Shown here: positions 8,891 through 19,956 of the stretch, one piece after another | Layout of the letters: each line of letters starts with the position of its first letter | Numbering within the stretch: position 1 is the first letter of the stretch | Origin: Planctomycetota bacterium | Lineage (GTDB): Bacteria > Planctomycetota > Planctomycetia > Pirellulales > Lacipirellulaceae | Assembly (NCBI GenBank): GCA_039190745.1 | Contig: JBCCXZ010000050.1 | Coordinates: 1 to 30,505, forward strand | DNA length: 30,505 nt | Direction of reading: 5' to 3' | Notes under the pieces: generated by a model | What the model saw: the letters and a program-made list of their open reading frames with translations, nothing else | The model's database searches: none | Told to the model about the DNA's origin: nothing | Program-made: the position numbers and the translations under genes

Positions 8891-9725
8891 GCTCGCTCCC
8901 CTCCACTCGTCTAGCGGCTGCCGCCGCTTTTGCTGCTCGACCTGCCGGCTTATCTCCGACGACGGGTCGGCCGCCGGACTCGCTTCGGCCCACACTCTCT
9001 GGGGCTGTCTTCTTCGTTGCGGCAACGTAGGCGTCGCCCCCGTTGGACGGAACATAAACGCCGGCTCGAATTTGATCCGCGGCAGGCAGATGTTCCAAGC
9101 GCCCCAGGCCAAAAACCTGCAAAAAAAACCGGGTCGTGCCGTAGAGCATCGGACGCCCCAAGCCCTCGGCCCGCCCGACGATACGCAATAACCCCTTCTC
9201 CATCAACACACGCAGAATCTCGCCGCAGCGGACGCCGCGGATGGCCTCGATCTCCGCACGCCCGATCGGTTGGCGGTACGCGACCACGGTGAGCGTTTCT
9301 AAGGCGGGCCCAGAGAGCCGCACACGCTGCGTTCCGTCGCACCAACCTTCTAACCAGGCCGCCAGCTCGGGGCGGGTCATCAACTGCAGCCCGCCCGCCA
9401 CTTCCACAACCTCCAACGCGGTTGCTTCGAGCCGTCGGGCCAGCTCACGGGCGAGGGTCCTCGCTTCGGTGCCATCGGCAAGCCGGGCGAGCGAGGCCAG
9501 TTTTCTTGTCGAGACCGGCTCCCGGGACAGGAAGAGCACCGCTTCGAGGCGGGCGAGCTTGGCGTCGCGGTCCTCGGGTGCCGCGGCCGTGTCGGGGTCG
9601 GTTTCGGCCGCGTTTTGCGGGTCCTCCGGCGGCCAAAGGCCTCTACGGACCGCGGGCAGCTGTGATCCCCACGGGCGGGCGTGGGTGCGGCCCCACCACT
9701 GGTTGCGCTGCATCGTGCCGTACAT
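8838..9725 (-). CDS. scpB: segregation and condensation protein B
   Basis: LEAVLFLSREPV, EVAGGLQLMTRP, LSGPALETLTVVAYRQPIGRAEIEAIRGV, GRPMLYGTTRFFLQVFGL..LEHLP. Confidence 0.93.
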   Translation of the reverse strand: MYGTMQRNQWWGRTHARPWGSQLPAVRRGLWPPEDPQNAAETDPDTAAAPEDRDAKLARLEAVLFLSREPVSTRKLASLARLADGTEARTLARELARRLEATALEVVEVAGGLQLMTRPELAAWLEGWCDGTQRVRLSGPALETLTVVAYRQPIGRAEIEAIRGVRCGEILRVLMEKGLLRIVGRAEGLGRPMLYGTTRFFLQVFGLGRLEHLPAADQIRAGVYVPSNGGDAYVAATKKTAPESVGRSESGGRPVVGDKPAGRAAKAAAAARRVEGSERGDQPDEHLDRGDRRRP

Positions 9726-9744
9726 GGCTGATCCCCGCCGCCGG

Positions 9745-10269
9745 CTACCGCCGGAGCATATGTTCGCCGCGGGCGTTCTGCCAGGAAGAAACCTCGCCCA
9801 CTACTTCACGCACCGCTTCCCCCGGGGTGGCGGCCACCGCGTCGAACTCGCGGGTCATCAGCCCCGCCGGCACCGCGCAGGAGAACCGGAACAAACGCCC
9901 CTCCGCCCCCCAAGGCCGCAGCGCGTACTCTGAGACGCCCAGCCCCCGCAAAAAACGCAAATGTGGCTCAAGCTCGGCGGCGATCTGGTCGTCGCCCGTC
10001 GCGTTCGGCTGAGTGGAAGCCGGCGAAGCCGCCGCAAACGACGCAGGCCGAACCTGCAGATCGGGGGGTGATTGCGGATCGAACACCGGCGGTGTCTTGG
10101 GGTCGATCAAAGCCGCATCCTCGTCCAGCCAGCCGGTCGCTTCGACGGCCGATTTGGCAAGCCGCGCGATCTCACGCTTGGCCACGTCGGGCAGGGGGTC
10201 GTAAACAATCCAAACGGCCGGCAAGCCGACCAGCACCAGGAGCATCACGACAGCTCGAAAGACAACCAT
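9745..10269 (-). CDS. hypothetical protein with N-terminal membrane anchor
   Basis: From ATG 10269: MVVFRAVVMLLVLVGLPAVWIVY, a Pro/Ala linker, then a compact domain (LRGLGVSEYALRPWG..FRFSC..FDAVA); ends 19 nt before scpB. Confidence 0.7.
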   Translation of the reverse strand: MVVFRAVVMLLVLVGLPAVWIVYDPLPDVAKREIARLAKSAVEATGWLDEDAALIDPKTPPVFDPQSPPDLQVRPASFAAASPASTQPNATGDDQIAAELEPHLRFLRGLGVSEYALRPWGAEGRLFRFSCAVPAGLMTREFDAVAATPGEAVREVVGEVSSWQNARGEHMLRR

Positions 10270-10394
10270 GCAACAAACAACCAGGGGAACCTTGCGGGGC
10301 AGGGGCGGGGCGGCGAATCGTAGGGGCCCGGTTTGCCACGCTACAAGGCCAGTCTCAGGCGCCGCCCAAGCCTGCACGGGGGGCTGGAAGCCCC

Positions 10395-10400
10395 TATAAT
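10395..10400 (+). promoter_or_regulatory. sigma-70 -10 element (TATAAT) 6 nt before the cysteine desulfurase ATG; likely leaderless mRNA
   Basis: CCCC-TATAAT-CCAGGC-ATG; no Shine-Dalgarno sequence in between. Confidence 0.6.
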
Positions 10401-10406
10401 CCAGGC

Positions 10407-11606
10407 ATGAACGGGCCCGAAGACGCGATCTACCTCGACTACGCCGCCACCACGCCGATGCTGCCCGAGGCGGCCGAGGCGGCCCGCGAGGCGTCGCTCC
10501 GCTACCCGGCGAACCCCGAAAGCCAGCACGCCGCCGGCCGCGAGGCCCGACGCGCCCTGGAAGAGGCCCGCGACCGCATTGCTGAGCTGTTGGGCGCGAG
10601 CACAAGCGGGCCAAAACCGGACCAAGTGGTCTTCACCAGCGGCGGGACCGAATCGAACAACCTCGCCGTGCTCGGCCTGACCGACCCGGCGGCCGGCGCC
10701 GGCCACGTCGTGACGACCGCGATCGAGCACCCGGCGGTCGGCGAGCCGATCGACCGGCTCGCCCAGCACGGCGGGGGCGTCGACCGGGTCGCCCCGGGCC
10801 TCGACGGCTGCGTCGCCGCCGACGCAGTGACCGGCCGGCTGCGACCGGAGACGCAACTCGCGAGCGTCATGCTGGTCAACAACGAAACGGGCTCCATCCA
10901 GCCCGTGCCCGAGATCGCCGCCGCCTGCCGCGCCCAGGGCGTGCTGATGCACACCGACGCTTCACAGGCAGTGGGAAAGATACCCGTGCGGTTCAGCGAC
11001 TTGGGACTCGATGCGCTGAGCTGCGCGGCTCACAAATTCCACGGACCCAAAGGCGTTGGGCTGCTGCTGCTGAGGCACGGCCTTTCACCCCGGCCGACCC
11101 TACTGGGCGGGCACCAGCAGGCCGGCGTTCGCCCGGGAACCGAGAACGTGGCGCTCGCCGTCGGCATGCGCGTGGCGCTCGAGGCGTGGCACTCTGAGCA
11201 GGACCGAATCACCGCCCGCATCACCCGGCTGCGGGAGCGCTTTGAAGCGGCGATTGCGGCTGAAGACGAAGGGGTCTGCTTCCTCGGCGACCCCGCCCGC
11301 CGCTGCCCGCACATCGCCAGCGTCGCATTCCCGGGGCTCGATCGGCAGGCGCTCGCGATGGCGCTCGACGCCGCAGGCGTTGCGTGTTCGACGGGTTCGG
11401 CCTGCGCAAGCGGGTCGAGCGAACCGTCGCCCGTGCTGGCGGCGATGGGCCTGCCCGAGGAGTTGCTCCGCGGTGCGGTCCGCTTCAGCTTCGGACGCTA
11501 TACGACCGAGTCCGACATCGACCGGGCGGCAGTGCAAATCGTGTCGATTTCTCGTCGATTGCGAGGCCTTCCAGAAGCCCAGAAATTCGCCTCGGCGCCT
11601 CCCTGA
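10407..11606 (+). CDS. iscS: cysteine desulfurase (IscS/NifS class)
   Basis: IYLDYAATTP, FTSGGTESNN, VNNETG, HTDASQAVGK, PLP-Lys AHKFHGPKG, catalytic Cys STGSACASG. Confidence 0.93.
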   Translation: MNGPEDAIYLDYAATTPMLPEAAEAAREASLRYPANPESQHAAGREARRALEEARDRIAELLGASTSGPKPDQVVFTSGGTESNNLAVLGLTDPAAGAGHVVTTAIEHPAVGEPIDRLAQHGGGVDRVAPGLDGCVAADAVTGRLRPETQLASVMLVNNETGSIQPVPEIAAACRAQGVLMHTDASQAVGKIPVRFSDLGLDALSCAAHKFHGPKGVGLLLLRHGLSPRPTLLGGHQQAGVRPGTENVALAVGMRVALEAWHSEQDRITARITRLRERFEAAIAAEDEGVCFLGDPARRCPHIASVAFPGLDRQALAMALDAAGVACSTGSACASGSSEPSPVLAAMGLPEELLRGAVRFSFGRYTTESDIDRAAVQIVSISRRLRGLPEAQKFASAPP

Positions 11607-11741
11607 TGGAGGCTGAATCGGATAGAATTATGGGTTCAATTGGGGCCGCTCGAGACGGGCATTCGGCGGTGTCTCGGCCGCCGATGAGATGCCGCTCGGC
11701 GCGGCGCCTTCCCCTAGCAACCGGCCCCCAACTTCTGCAGA

Positions 11742-12881
11742 GTGGACGGACCCTTTCTCGTGACCTTCCCCGCGCGCATCCCGTTGACCGGCAGGGCCTG
11801 GAACGACTCTTCCGGGGTCGCGTCGGCGGTGCCGTGTTTTGTGGCCGGCGAAGAGAACGCATTGCTGGCGCCGGCGCTCGAACCGTTGCTTGCAGCCCCC
11901 GTGCTTGGCGGACCGTTGCTCTCTGAAGACACGGCTGAGGCTGAGACAACAGACGCCGACGGGCACGCACCAACAGCACCATCGCTCGCCTCGCCGCTGG
12001 TTCTCGCGGGGCCGGCGGGCTCCGGCAAGTCGCACATCGCACAGGGGCTTGCCCGTCGCCTGGCGGAGTCGCTGCCCGAAGACTCGGTCGTCTACTACAC
12101 CGGCCGCGACCTCGCCCGCACGCTCCGCGCCGCTGCGCAAGACCGCCGCACCGGCGAACTGCTCGGCCGGCTAAACAGGGCCGAGTTCTTCGTCCTCGAG
12201 AACCTCGAAGAGCTCCGCGAGCGGCCCTACGCACAGCGGGTACTGCGGCAGTTGCTCGACGACGACCTGCAGCGCGGCCGCACCGTGGTTGTCACCTCCA
12301 AGAACCCGCCGGGGACGCTGGCTGGTTTCGACCCCGGGCTGCTCGACCGGCTGAGCGCAGGCCTGATCGTCCGCATCCAGGCGCCCGGGCTCGAATCGCG
12401 CCGGGTGCTGCTCCGCCTCGCCGCCACAGCGATGCGCGTGCCGCTCTCGGAGGCCGAGTTGGAAACGCTCGCCGCCCAGCCGCTCCGCACGGTGCCCGGT
12501 CTCTTACAATCCCTCGCGGCGTTCACCGACGCCCGCGAGTCGGGCGCCGCTGCACCGGCCGGACCAGACGGGTCCACGCCCCAATCCGAGCAGGGCGGCA
12601 CGTCGCTCAAGGAAATCATCGCGGTCACCTCCCGGTACTTCGGCGTCACGCAGGCTGCTCTGAAGGGCCCCTCGCGGCGGCGGTCGCTCGTCCGCGCCCG
12701 CAGCGTCGCCGCTTACCTGACCCGCGAACTCACCGACGACAGCTACGCCGAGATCGGCCGCGGCATCGGCGGTCGCGACCACACCACCGTCATGCACGCG
12801 GTGCGTTCCATCCGCAAAAAACTCGCCTCCGACCTGGAGACCCAGAACGCAGTCGACCAGCTCCACCGGCTACTCTCGTGA
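11742..12881 (+). CDS. dnaA: DnaA-family replication initiator, atypical (no domain I, degenerate AAA+ motifs)
   Basis: FVAGEEN, Walker A GPAGSGKS, RLSAGL, domain IV EIGRGIGGRDHTTVMHA; upstream of dnaN. Start codon uncertain. Confidence 0.85.
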   Translation: MDGPFLVTFPARIPLTGRAWNDSSGVASAVPCFVAGEENALLAPALEPLLAAPVLGGPLLSEDTAEAETTDADGHAPTAPSLASPLVLAGPAGSGKSHIAQGLARRLAESLPEDSVVYYTGRDLARTLRAAAQDRRTGELLGRLNRAEFFVLENLEELRERPYAQRVLRQLLDDDLQRGRTVVVTSKNPPGTLAGFDPGLLDRLSAGLIVRIQAPGLESRRVLLRLAATAMRVPLSEAELETLAAQPLRTVPGLLQSLAAFTDARESGAAAPAGPDGSTPQSEQGGTSLKEIIAVTSRYFGVTQAALKGPSRRRSLVRARSVAAYLTRELTDDSYAEIGRGIGGRDHTTVMHAVRSIRKKLASDLETQNAVDQLHRLLS

Positions 12882-13180
12882 GTAGTGGATGCCGTGTCGG
12901 CGGCGCGTAGGCAACCACCAACACGCCGTTCAATACCCAACAAAAACACCTTCGAGCAGACAGACCGCTCCAAAAACCAAACAACACGCCGACGCCAAAG
13001 CAACACCCAAGCGACGGCTTTTACACCCCGCCGTGCAGGCAGCAAACCAAGCCCAGTACGGCGTTTACCGCACACCAACACGACGAAACCAACACCCCAC
13101 GCTACAGCACTGTCACTACTGCTATCTAAACAAATAACAGTAGAAGGCTTTGCTCCGCACACCGTTCAGGAGGACCGCAA
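12882..13180. other. candidate chromosomal replication origin (oriC)
   Basis: dnaA-dnaN intergenic position; strongly A/C-skewed; five CAACAC copies; one 8/9 match to TTWTNCACA (13019-13027); trio-like CTACTGCTA (13116-13124) followed by an A-rich stretch. Confidence 0.65.
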
Positions 13181-14347
13181 GTGTCTACGGTAGCCGACTC
13201 CCATGCATCCGAGAGCCCGCCCCGCTCCGGCCAAGCCAGCCTCAAGCTCGCCTGCGACCGCGAGCAACTGCTCCACGCCTTCCAGACCGTGGCAGCGGTC
13301 GCCCCCTCGCGGAGCCCCAAGCCGATCCTCCAGAACGTCAAGCTGGAAGCCACGGCCGACCGGGTCGAGCTCTCCGCCACCGACCTCGAGATCGGCATCC
13401 GCCACACCGTCGCCGGCGTCGACATCCACCAGCCCGGCACGGTCATCCTGCCGAACGCCCGGTTCGGCTCGATCCTGCGTGAGTCGACCGACGAAACGCT
13501 GCACCTCGAGTCGGACGGCACGTCCACCAGCGTCGTCGGCGAGCGGAGCCGCTTCCGCCTTTCGGCCGAAGACGCCCACGAGTTCCCGCCGGTCGCCGAG
13601 TTCGACAGCCAGACCAGCGTGCAGCTCCACGGCCGGCTGTTCCGCGAGCTGGTCCGCCGCACGGCGTTTGCCACCGACAACGAGAGCAGCCGCTACGCCC
13701 TCGGCGGCGTGAAGCTGGAGTTTGACGGTTCGAGCGTCACGGCCATCGGCACCGACGGCCGCCGGCTCGCCAAGATGACCGGTGAAGTCTCCGGCAGCAT
13801 CGACACCGAGCAAACCCTGATCGTCCCCACCCGGGCGATGCAGCTCATCGAACGCGGCATCAGCCCCACCGATGAAGAGGTCCGCGTGGCTGTCCGCGGC
13901 AACGAGCTGCTGGTGACCAGCGACACGTTCACGATCTCCAGCCGCCTGCTCGAGGGACGCTTCCCCGATTGGAAGAAGGTGTTCCCCGACACGGCCGGCG
14001 CCGTGAAGCTCGAACTGGCCGTCGGCGCCACGCTCTCGGCGGTCCGCCAGGCGGCGATCGTCACCAGCGAAGAGAGCCGCGGCATCGATTTCACGTTCAA
14101 CGATGGGCTGCTGGTGCTCTCCGGCGTTGCCGCCGAGGTGGGCCAGTCGCGGATCGAGCTGCCCATCGGCTACGACGGAGACGAGCTCACCATCACCCTG
14201 GACCCCCGGTTTGTGATCGACTTCCTCAAGGTGCTCGACGCCGAGAAGACGTTCGCCATGGAGGTCCGCGACTCGGAGAGCGCGGCGGTGCTGTCAACCG
14301 ACGACGGCTACGGCTATGTGATTATGCCGCTGGCCCGCGACCGGTGA
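13181..14347 (+). CDS. dnaN: DNA polymerase III beta sliding clamp
   Basis: SATDLEIGI, SRYALGGV, GTDGRRLA, SRLLEGRFPDW, C-terminal YVIMPL; AGGAGG at 13168-13173. Confidence 0.97.
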   Translation: MSTVADSHASESPPRSGQASLKLACDREQLLHAFQTVAAVAPSRSPKPILQNVKLEATADRVELSATDLEIGIRHTVAGVDIHQPGTVILPNARFGSILRESTDETLHLESDGTSTSVVGERSRFRLSAEDAHEFPPVAEFDSQTSVQLHGRLFRELVRRTAFATDNESSRYALGGVKLEFDGSSVTAIGTDGRRLAKMTGEVSGSIDTEQTLIVPTRAMQLIERGISPTDEEVRVAVRGNELLVTSDTFTISSRLLEGRFPDWKKVFPDTAGAVKLELAVGATLSAVRQAAIVTSEESRGIDFTFNDGLLVLSGVAAEVGQSRIELPIGYDGDELTITLDPRFVIDFLKVLDAEKTFAMEVRDSESAAVLSTDDGYGYVIMPLARDR

Positions 14348-14715
14348 GCCAACCAGACGACCCGCTGGACGACCTGCACCGCCGCCACGGCTCGTACCGC
14401 AAGTGGTGGCTCAAAAAACGGGAGCCCAAGCCGGTCGACCAGGTCGTGGCCCAACTGCTACAGCGGAAGGGCTACGCCGAGGTGCGGCAGGCCGGCGAGG
14501 TCGAGGCGGCGTGGTCCGAGGCGATCGGCCCCGACTTCGCCCCGGTAACCGCCGTCGGCCGCCTCCGCCGCGGGGCGTTGGAAGTGATCGCGGCCGACTC
14601 GCTCACGATGCAAGAACTGACCTTTCAGAAAGAAGAACTGCTCGCGCAGATGCAAACCGCCCTCCCGGACGCGGGGATCACCTCCCTGCGTTTCCGCGTC
14701 GGCACGGTCCGCTAG
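14344..14715 (+). CDS. DciA / DUF721 replicative helicase loader-like protein
   Basis: GTG overlaps the dnaN stop; AAWSEAIG, GRLRRGALEV, MQELTFQKEELL, ITSLRFRVG; typical position between dnaN and gyrB. Confidence 0.85.
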   Translation: MSQPDDPLDDLHRRHGSYRKWWLKKREPKPVDQVVAQLLQRKGYAEVRQAGEVEAAWSEAIGPDFAPVTAVGRLRRGALEVIAADSLTMQELTFQKEELLAQMQTALPDAGITSLRFRVGTVR

Positions 14716-17247
<2,532 letters not shown>

Positions 17248-17310
17248 CCCGTGGGCGTGTGCGGACTAGAATTGGTAAAAGCACGCGAACCACTAGACGG
17301 AGACTCTGCC

Positions 17311-17520
17311 ATGGGGACGATCCACGCAATTTTCGAAGATGGAGTCTTCCGCCCTGTAGACCCGGTGACGTTGCCCGAGAAGTGCGAAGTCGAATTCGAG
17401 CCGCGCGTGGTACAACAGCCCCCTGGTTCGAACTCCGATGCGCTCTACGAGATACTTGATAGGCGGTTCAACTCCGGCCACACCGACACCGCGGCGCGTC
17501 ATAACGAGCACCAGCCGTGA
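17311..17520 (+). CDS. DUF104/AF2212-type antitoxin
   Basis: MGTIHAIFEDGVFRPVDPVTLPE; GGAG before the ATG; GTGA overlap with the PIN gene. Confidence 0.85.
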   Translation: MGTIHAIFEDGVFRPVDPVTLPEKCEVEFEPRVVQQPPGSNSDALYEILDRRFNSGHTDTAARHNEHQP

Positions 17521-17918
17521 GCTCGGTTTTTCTCGACACGGTTGGGTTGATTGCTCTTTGGGACGAAGCCGACCAATGGCACGCCGCCGCCAGTGAGGCA
17601 TACCAGAACCTCAGATCGTCGCGGGGCAGGTTGCTGACAACTACGTTTGTCATGCTTGAGTGCGGAAACGCAGCTCAGCGTCGACCCTACCGCGGGCAAG
17701 TCGTCGGCACGATGCGTCAACTATCCGCAGACCAAGCGTTGGTGACGCCCACAGACGAGGATATGACGAAAGCATAGGACGCCTATGGTTCTGGACAGCA
17801 GGGCGACGCAGGCTTTGTCGACTGCGTATCCATGGTCGTCATGCGGCGGCTGGGTATTACCGAAGTCTTTACTAATGATGAGCACTTCCGAACCGGCGGA
17901 TTCCAGACCTTGTTCTGA
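17517..17918 (+). pseudogene. vapC: VapC-like PIN toxin interrupted by an in-frame TAG
   Basis: VFLDTVGLIAL...VMLE...DMTKA*(TAG 17775-17777)DAY...FVDCVSMVVMRRLGITEVFTNDEHFRTGGFQTLF; 133 codons in one frame. Confidence 0.88.
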
Positions 17919-17993
17919 TCTTTTACCGATTCATTTCTCTTGGCTACTTGGTCAGCCGCGCTCTCCAAGAATAGCCGAACAGGCAAAGAAGCC

Positions 17994-18959
17994 ATGTCCG
18001 ACACCATCCGCGAACAAGTCCGCAACCAGTACGGCGCCGTCGCCACGCGGGGCCTCTCTAGCGAGTCCGACGGCGTTCGGGCCGTCGCCGAGGCTTTTGG
18101 CTACTCGGCCGACGAGCTCGCGTCGATCCCCGCCGAGGCCAACATGGGCCTCTCGTGCGGCAACCCCCTGGCGACCGCCCGGCTGCGCGAGGGCGAGGTG
18201 GTCGTCGACCTCGGCTGCGGCGGCGGGCTCGACGTGCTGCTCGCCGCCCCCAAGGTCGGCCCCTCTGGCAAGGCGATCGGCATCGACATGACCCAGCAGA
18301 TGATCGACCTCGCCCGCCGCAACGCGGCCAACGGGCCCGACGGCAAGCCGGTCGAGAACGTTGAGTTCCACCTGGCCACCATCGACAATCTGCCGTTGGA
18401 GGACGCGTCGGTCGACTGCGTCATCAGCAACTGCGTGATCAACCTCGCCCCCGACAAGCCGGCCGTGCTGCGGGAGGTGTTCCGCGTGCTCAAGCCGGGC
18501 GGCCGGCTAGCGGTGAGCGACATCGCGCTGAAGAAGCCGCTCCCCGAGGAATTGGCCGACAGCATCGCCGCCTACGTCGGCTGCATCGCCGGGGCGATCG
18601 CGATCGAGACTTACAGCAGCGCACTGGCCGAGGCGGGGTTTGATGCGGTTGAGGTCGTCGACACCGGCGCCGACCTGAACGCCTACGCCCAGGCGGAGAA
18701 CGCCGCCTGCTGCAACCCGGCCCCCGCCGCGCCGGAAGAAGGCTTGCTCCCGATCGCCGACGACGCTGGCGGCTGCTGCGGCCCGGCCCCGGCCGCCGAG
18801 GGAGACGGCCTGCTGCCGGTGGTCCACGCCGACGGTGCCAGCTGCAGCGTCCCGACCCCGAGTGAAGACGTGCACGCCCAGCTCGCCGACCTGATCCGCC
18901 GGTTCGACATCAACGACTTCGCCGCGAGCGTGAAGGTGTTCGCGGTGAAGGCAGGGTAA
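17994..18959 (+). CDS. arsM: arsenite S-adenosylmethionine methyltransferase
   Basis: [45 protein letters not shown]. Confidence 0.9.
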   Translation: MSDTIREQVRNQYGAVATRGLSSESDGVRAVAEAFGYSADELASIPAEANMGLSCGNPLATARLREGEVVVDLGCGGGLDVLLAAPKVGPSGKAIGIDMTQQMIDLARRNAANGPDGKPVENVEFHLATIDNLPLEDASVDCVISNCVINLAPDKPAVLREVFRVLKPGGRLAVSDIALKKPLPEELADSIAAYVGCIAGAIAIETYSSALAEAGFDAVEVVDTGADLNAYAQAENAACCNPAPAAPEEGLLPIADDAGGCCGPAPAAEGDGLLPVVHADGASCSVPTPSEDVHAQLADLIRRFDINDFAASVKVFAVKAG

Positions 18960-18968
18960 TCAGTGCTT

Positions 18969-19132
18969 TCGGGTGGCACTGCTGGCTCGTTCGGCAGTGG
19001 TCAACCAGTCAAATTTGGTCGAGACCCATCCTGCCAAGGACGACGCCACCTGAGCACTCAAGATTCCCAGACGGGCTGCCGCCCGCCGATTCAAAGTGAT
19101 CCCGGTACTGCTCGGCCAGCCAGCATAGCACC
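18969..19132. repeat. degenerate inverted REP pair (REPIN-like), copy 1
   Basis: TCGGGTGGCACTGCTGGCT (18969-18987) is identical to 23973-23991; a degenerate inverted partner lies at about 19106-19132. Confidence 0.65.
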
Positions 19133-19187
19133 AACAACTGGCCTTCTAACCTCAAGGGCGGACTTGATAACCAGACTACTGGCAGCA

Positions 19188-19742
19188 TTAGATTCCGAGC
19201 GTTACGTGAATGGATTGCTCGCGAACATCAAAGCCCTTGAGTAACAACCTTGCTGCTGCAGTCGTCGCGTCTTTCGCCTGGATACGGTAAATGGGTTTGC
19301 TCTCAAGAAACTCATTCGCCGCCAGGCCAGCGACTTCTGTCGCCTTATCTAGCCACTGCTCGGGTATCCCCTGCACGTCCAAGCGATCGAATACTGCGTC
19401 ATCGAGAAAAAACTCCTGACGATCAGGATCGTACTTGATGCTCGACGTAACCGTCGCCCCACCTCCGAGGTTCTTCACTTCGCCGTCGAGTCTTATGTTG
19501 AGTACAGCGTCAAGTCCGACCTGTACGCGGTCTTCGTTCTCAAGCAGTGTTACGTTGGGATTGCTGTAGGTGATCGTAAAGAATAACAGATACTCTTTCG
19601 ATGCGGGAAACCTCTGCGACAGCGTCGAGTCGATCTGCGCTTGAGAAATGACAACGTCGTAGCGTTTGCCTCTGAAGTATAGAAGAACCGCGACCAGAAT
19701 CACTACGAGAGCAATCGCTGGGATCACAACCCGCCTCTTCAT
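19188..19742 (-). CDS. DUF1439 (YceB-like) protein with N-terminal anchor
   Basis: N-terminal TM, ISQAQIDSTLSQRFP, IKYDPDRQEFFL, PIYRI; lower GC than the flanking genes. Confidence 0.75.
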   Translation of the reverse strand: MKRRVVIPAIALVVILVAVLLYFRGKRYDVVISQAQIDSTLSQRFPASKEYLLFFTITYSNPNVTLLENEDRVQVGLDAVLNIRLDGEVKNLGGGATVTSSIKYDPDRQEFFLDDAVFDRLDVQGIPEQWLDKATEVAGLAANEFLESKPIYRIQAKDATTAAARLLLKGFDVREQSIHVTLGI

Positions 19743-19956
19743 CCGTAGAGCCTCGCACTTGAAGTAATAGTTCTTGAGCTAAGTGGAGTGCGGTTGCGCA
19801 TTGCAGAATCGCACTCTCCCACGCTTAGGTATTTCCGGCCGACGCAGTGTAGTCCAGATTTTTGTCCGCTGTAGCAGATAGCCGCTAAGTACAAAGGAGT
19901 GACCCTCCTGGGGCAGCTTGCCGCCAAATGCTACACGTGTTTGCTGGGTGAACAAG

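Noticed and set aside
9121..9128. U8 run in scpB as a programmed frameshift site into the acidic frame
   Set aside because: Shifting there would remove the conserved FLxxFGLxxLxxLP motif; the run is explained by Phe-Phe-Leu codons.
12900..13100. CRISPR or tandem array
   Set aside because: Repeats are only 6-10 nt and irregularly spaced; no cas genes in the window.
12885..13193. Short ORFs in the dnaA-dnaN spacer
   Set aside because: Composition reflects the A/C skew and the products look non-protein-like; an origin is the better explanation.
17775..17777. Genome-wide amber recoding or pyrrolysine
   Set aside because: TAG ends other genes at plausible C-termini (811-813, 14713-14715, 27437-27439), and no pyl genes are present.
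18963..19244. 93-aa plus-strand ORF after arsM
   Set aside because: Runs through the REP elements and overlaps the DUF1439 gene antisense; no motifs.
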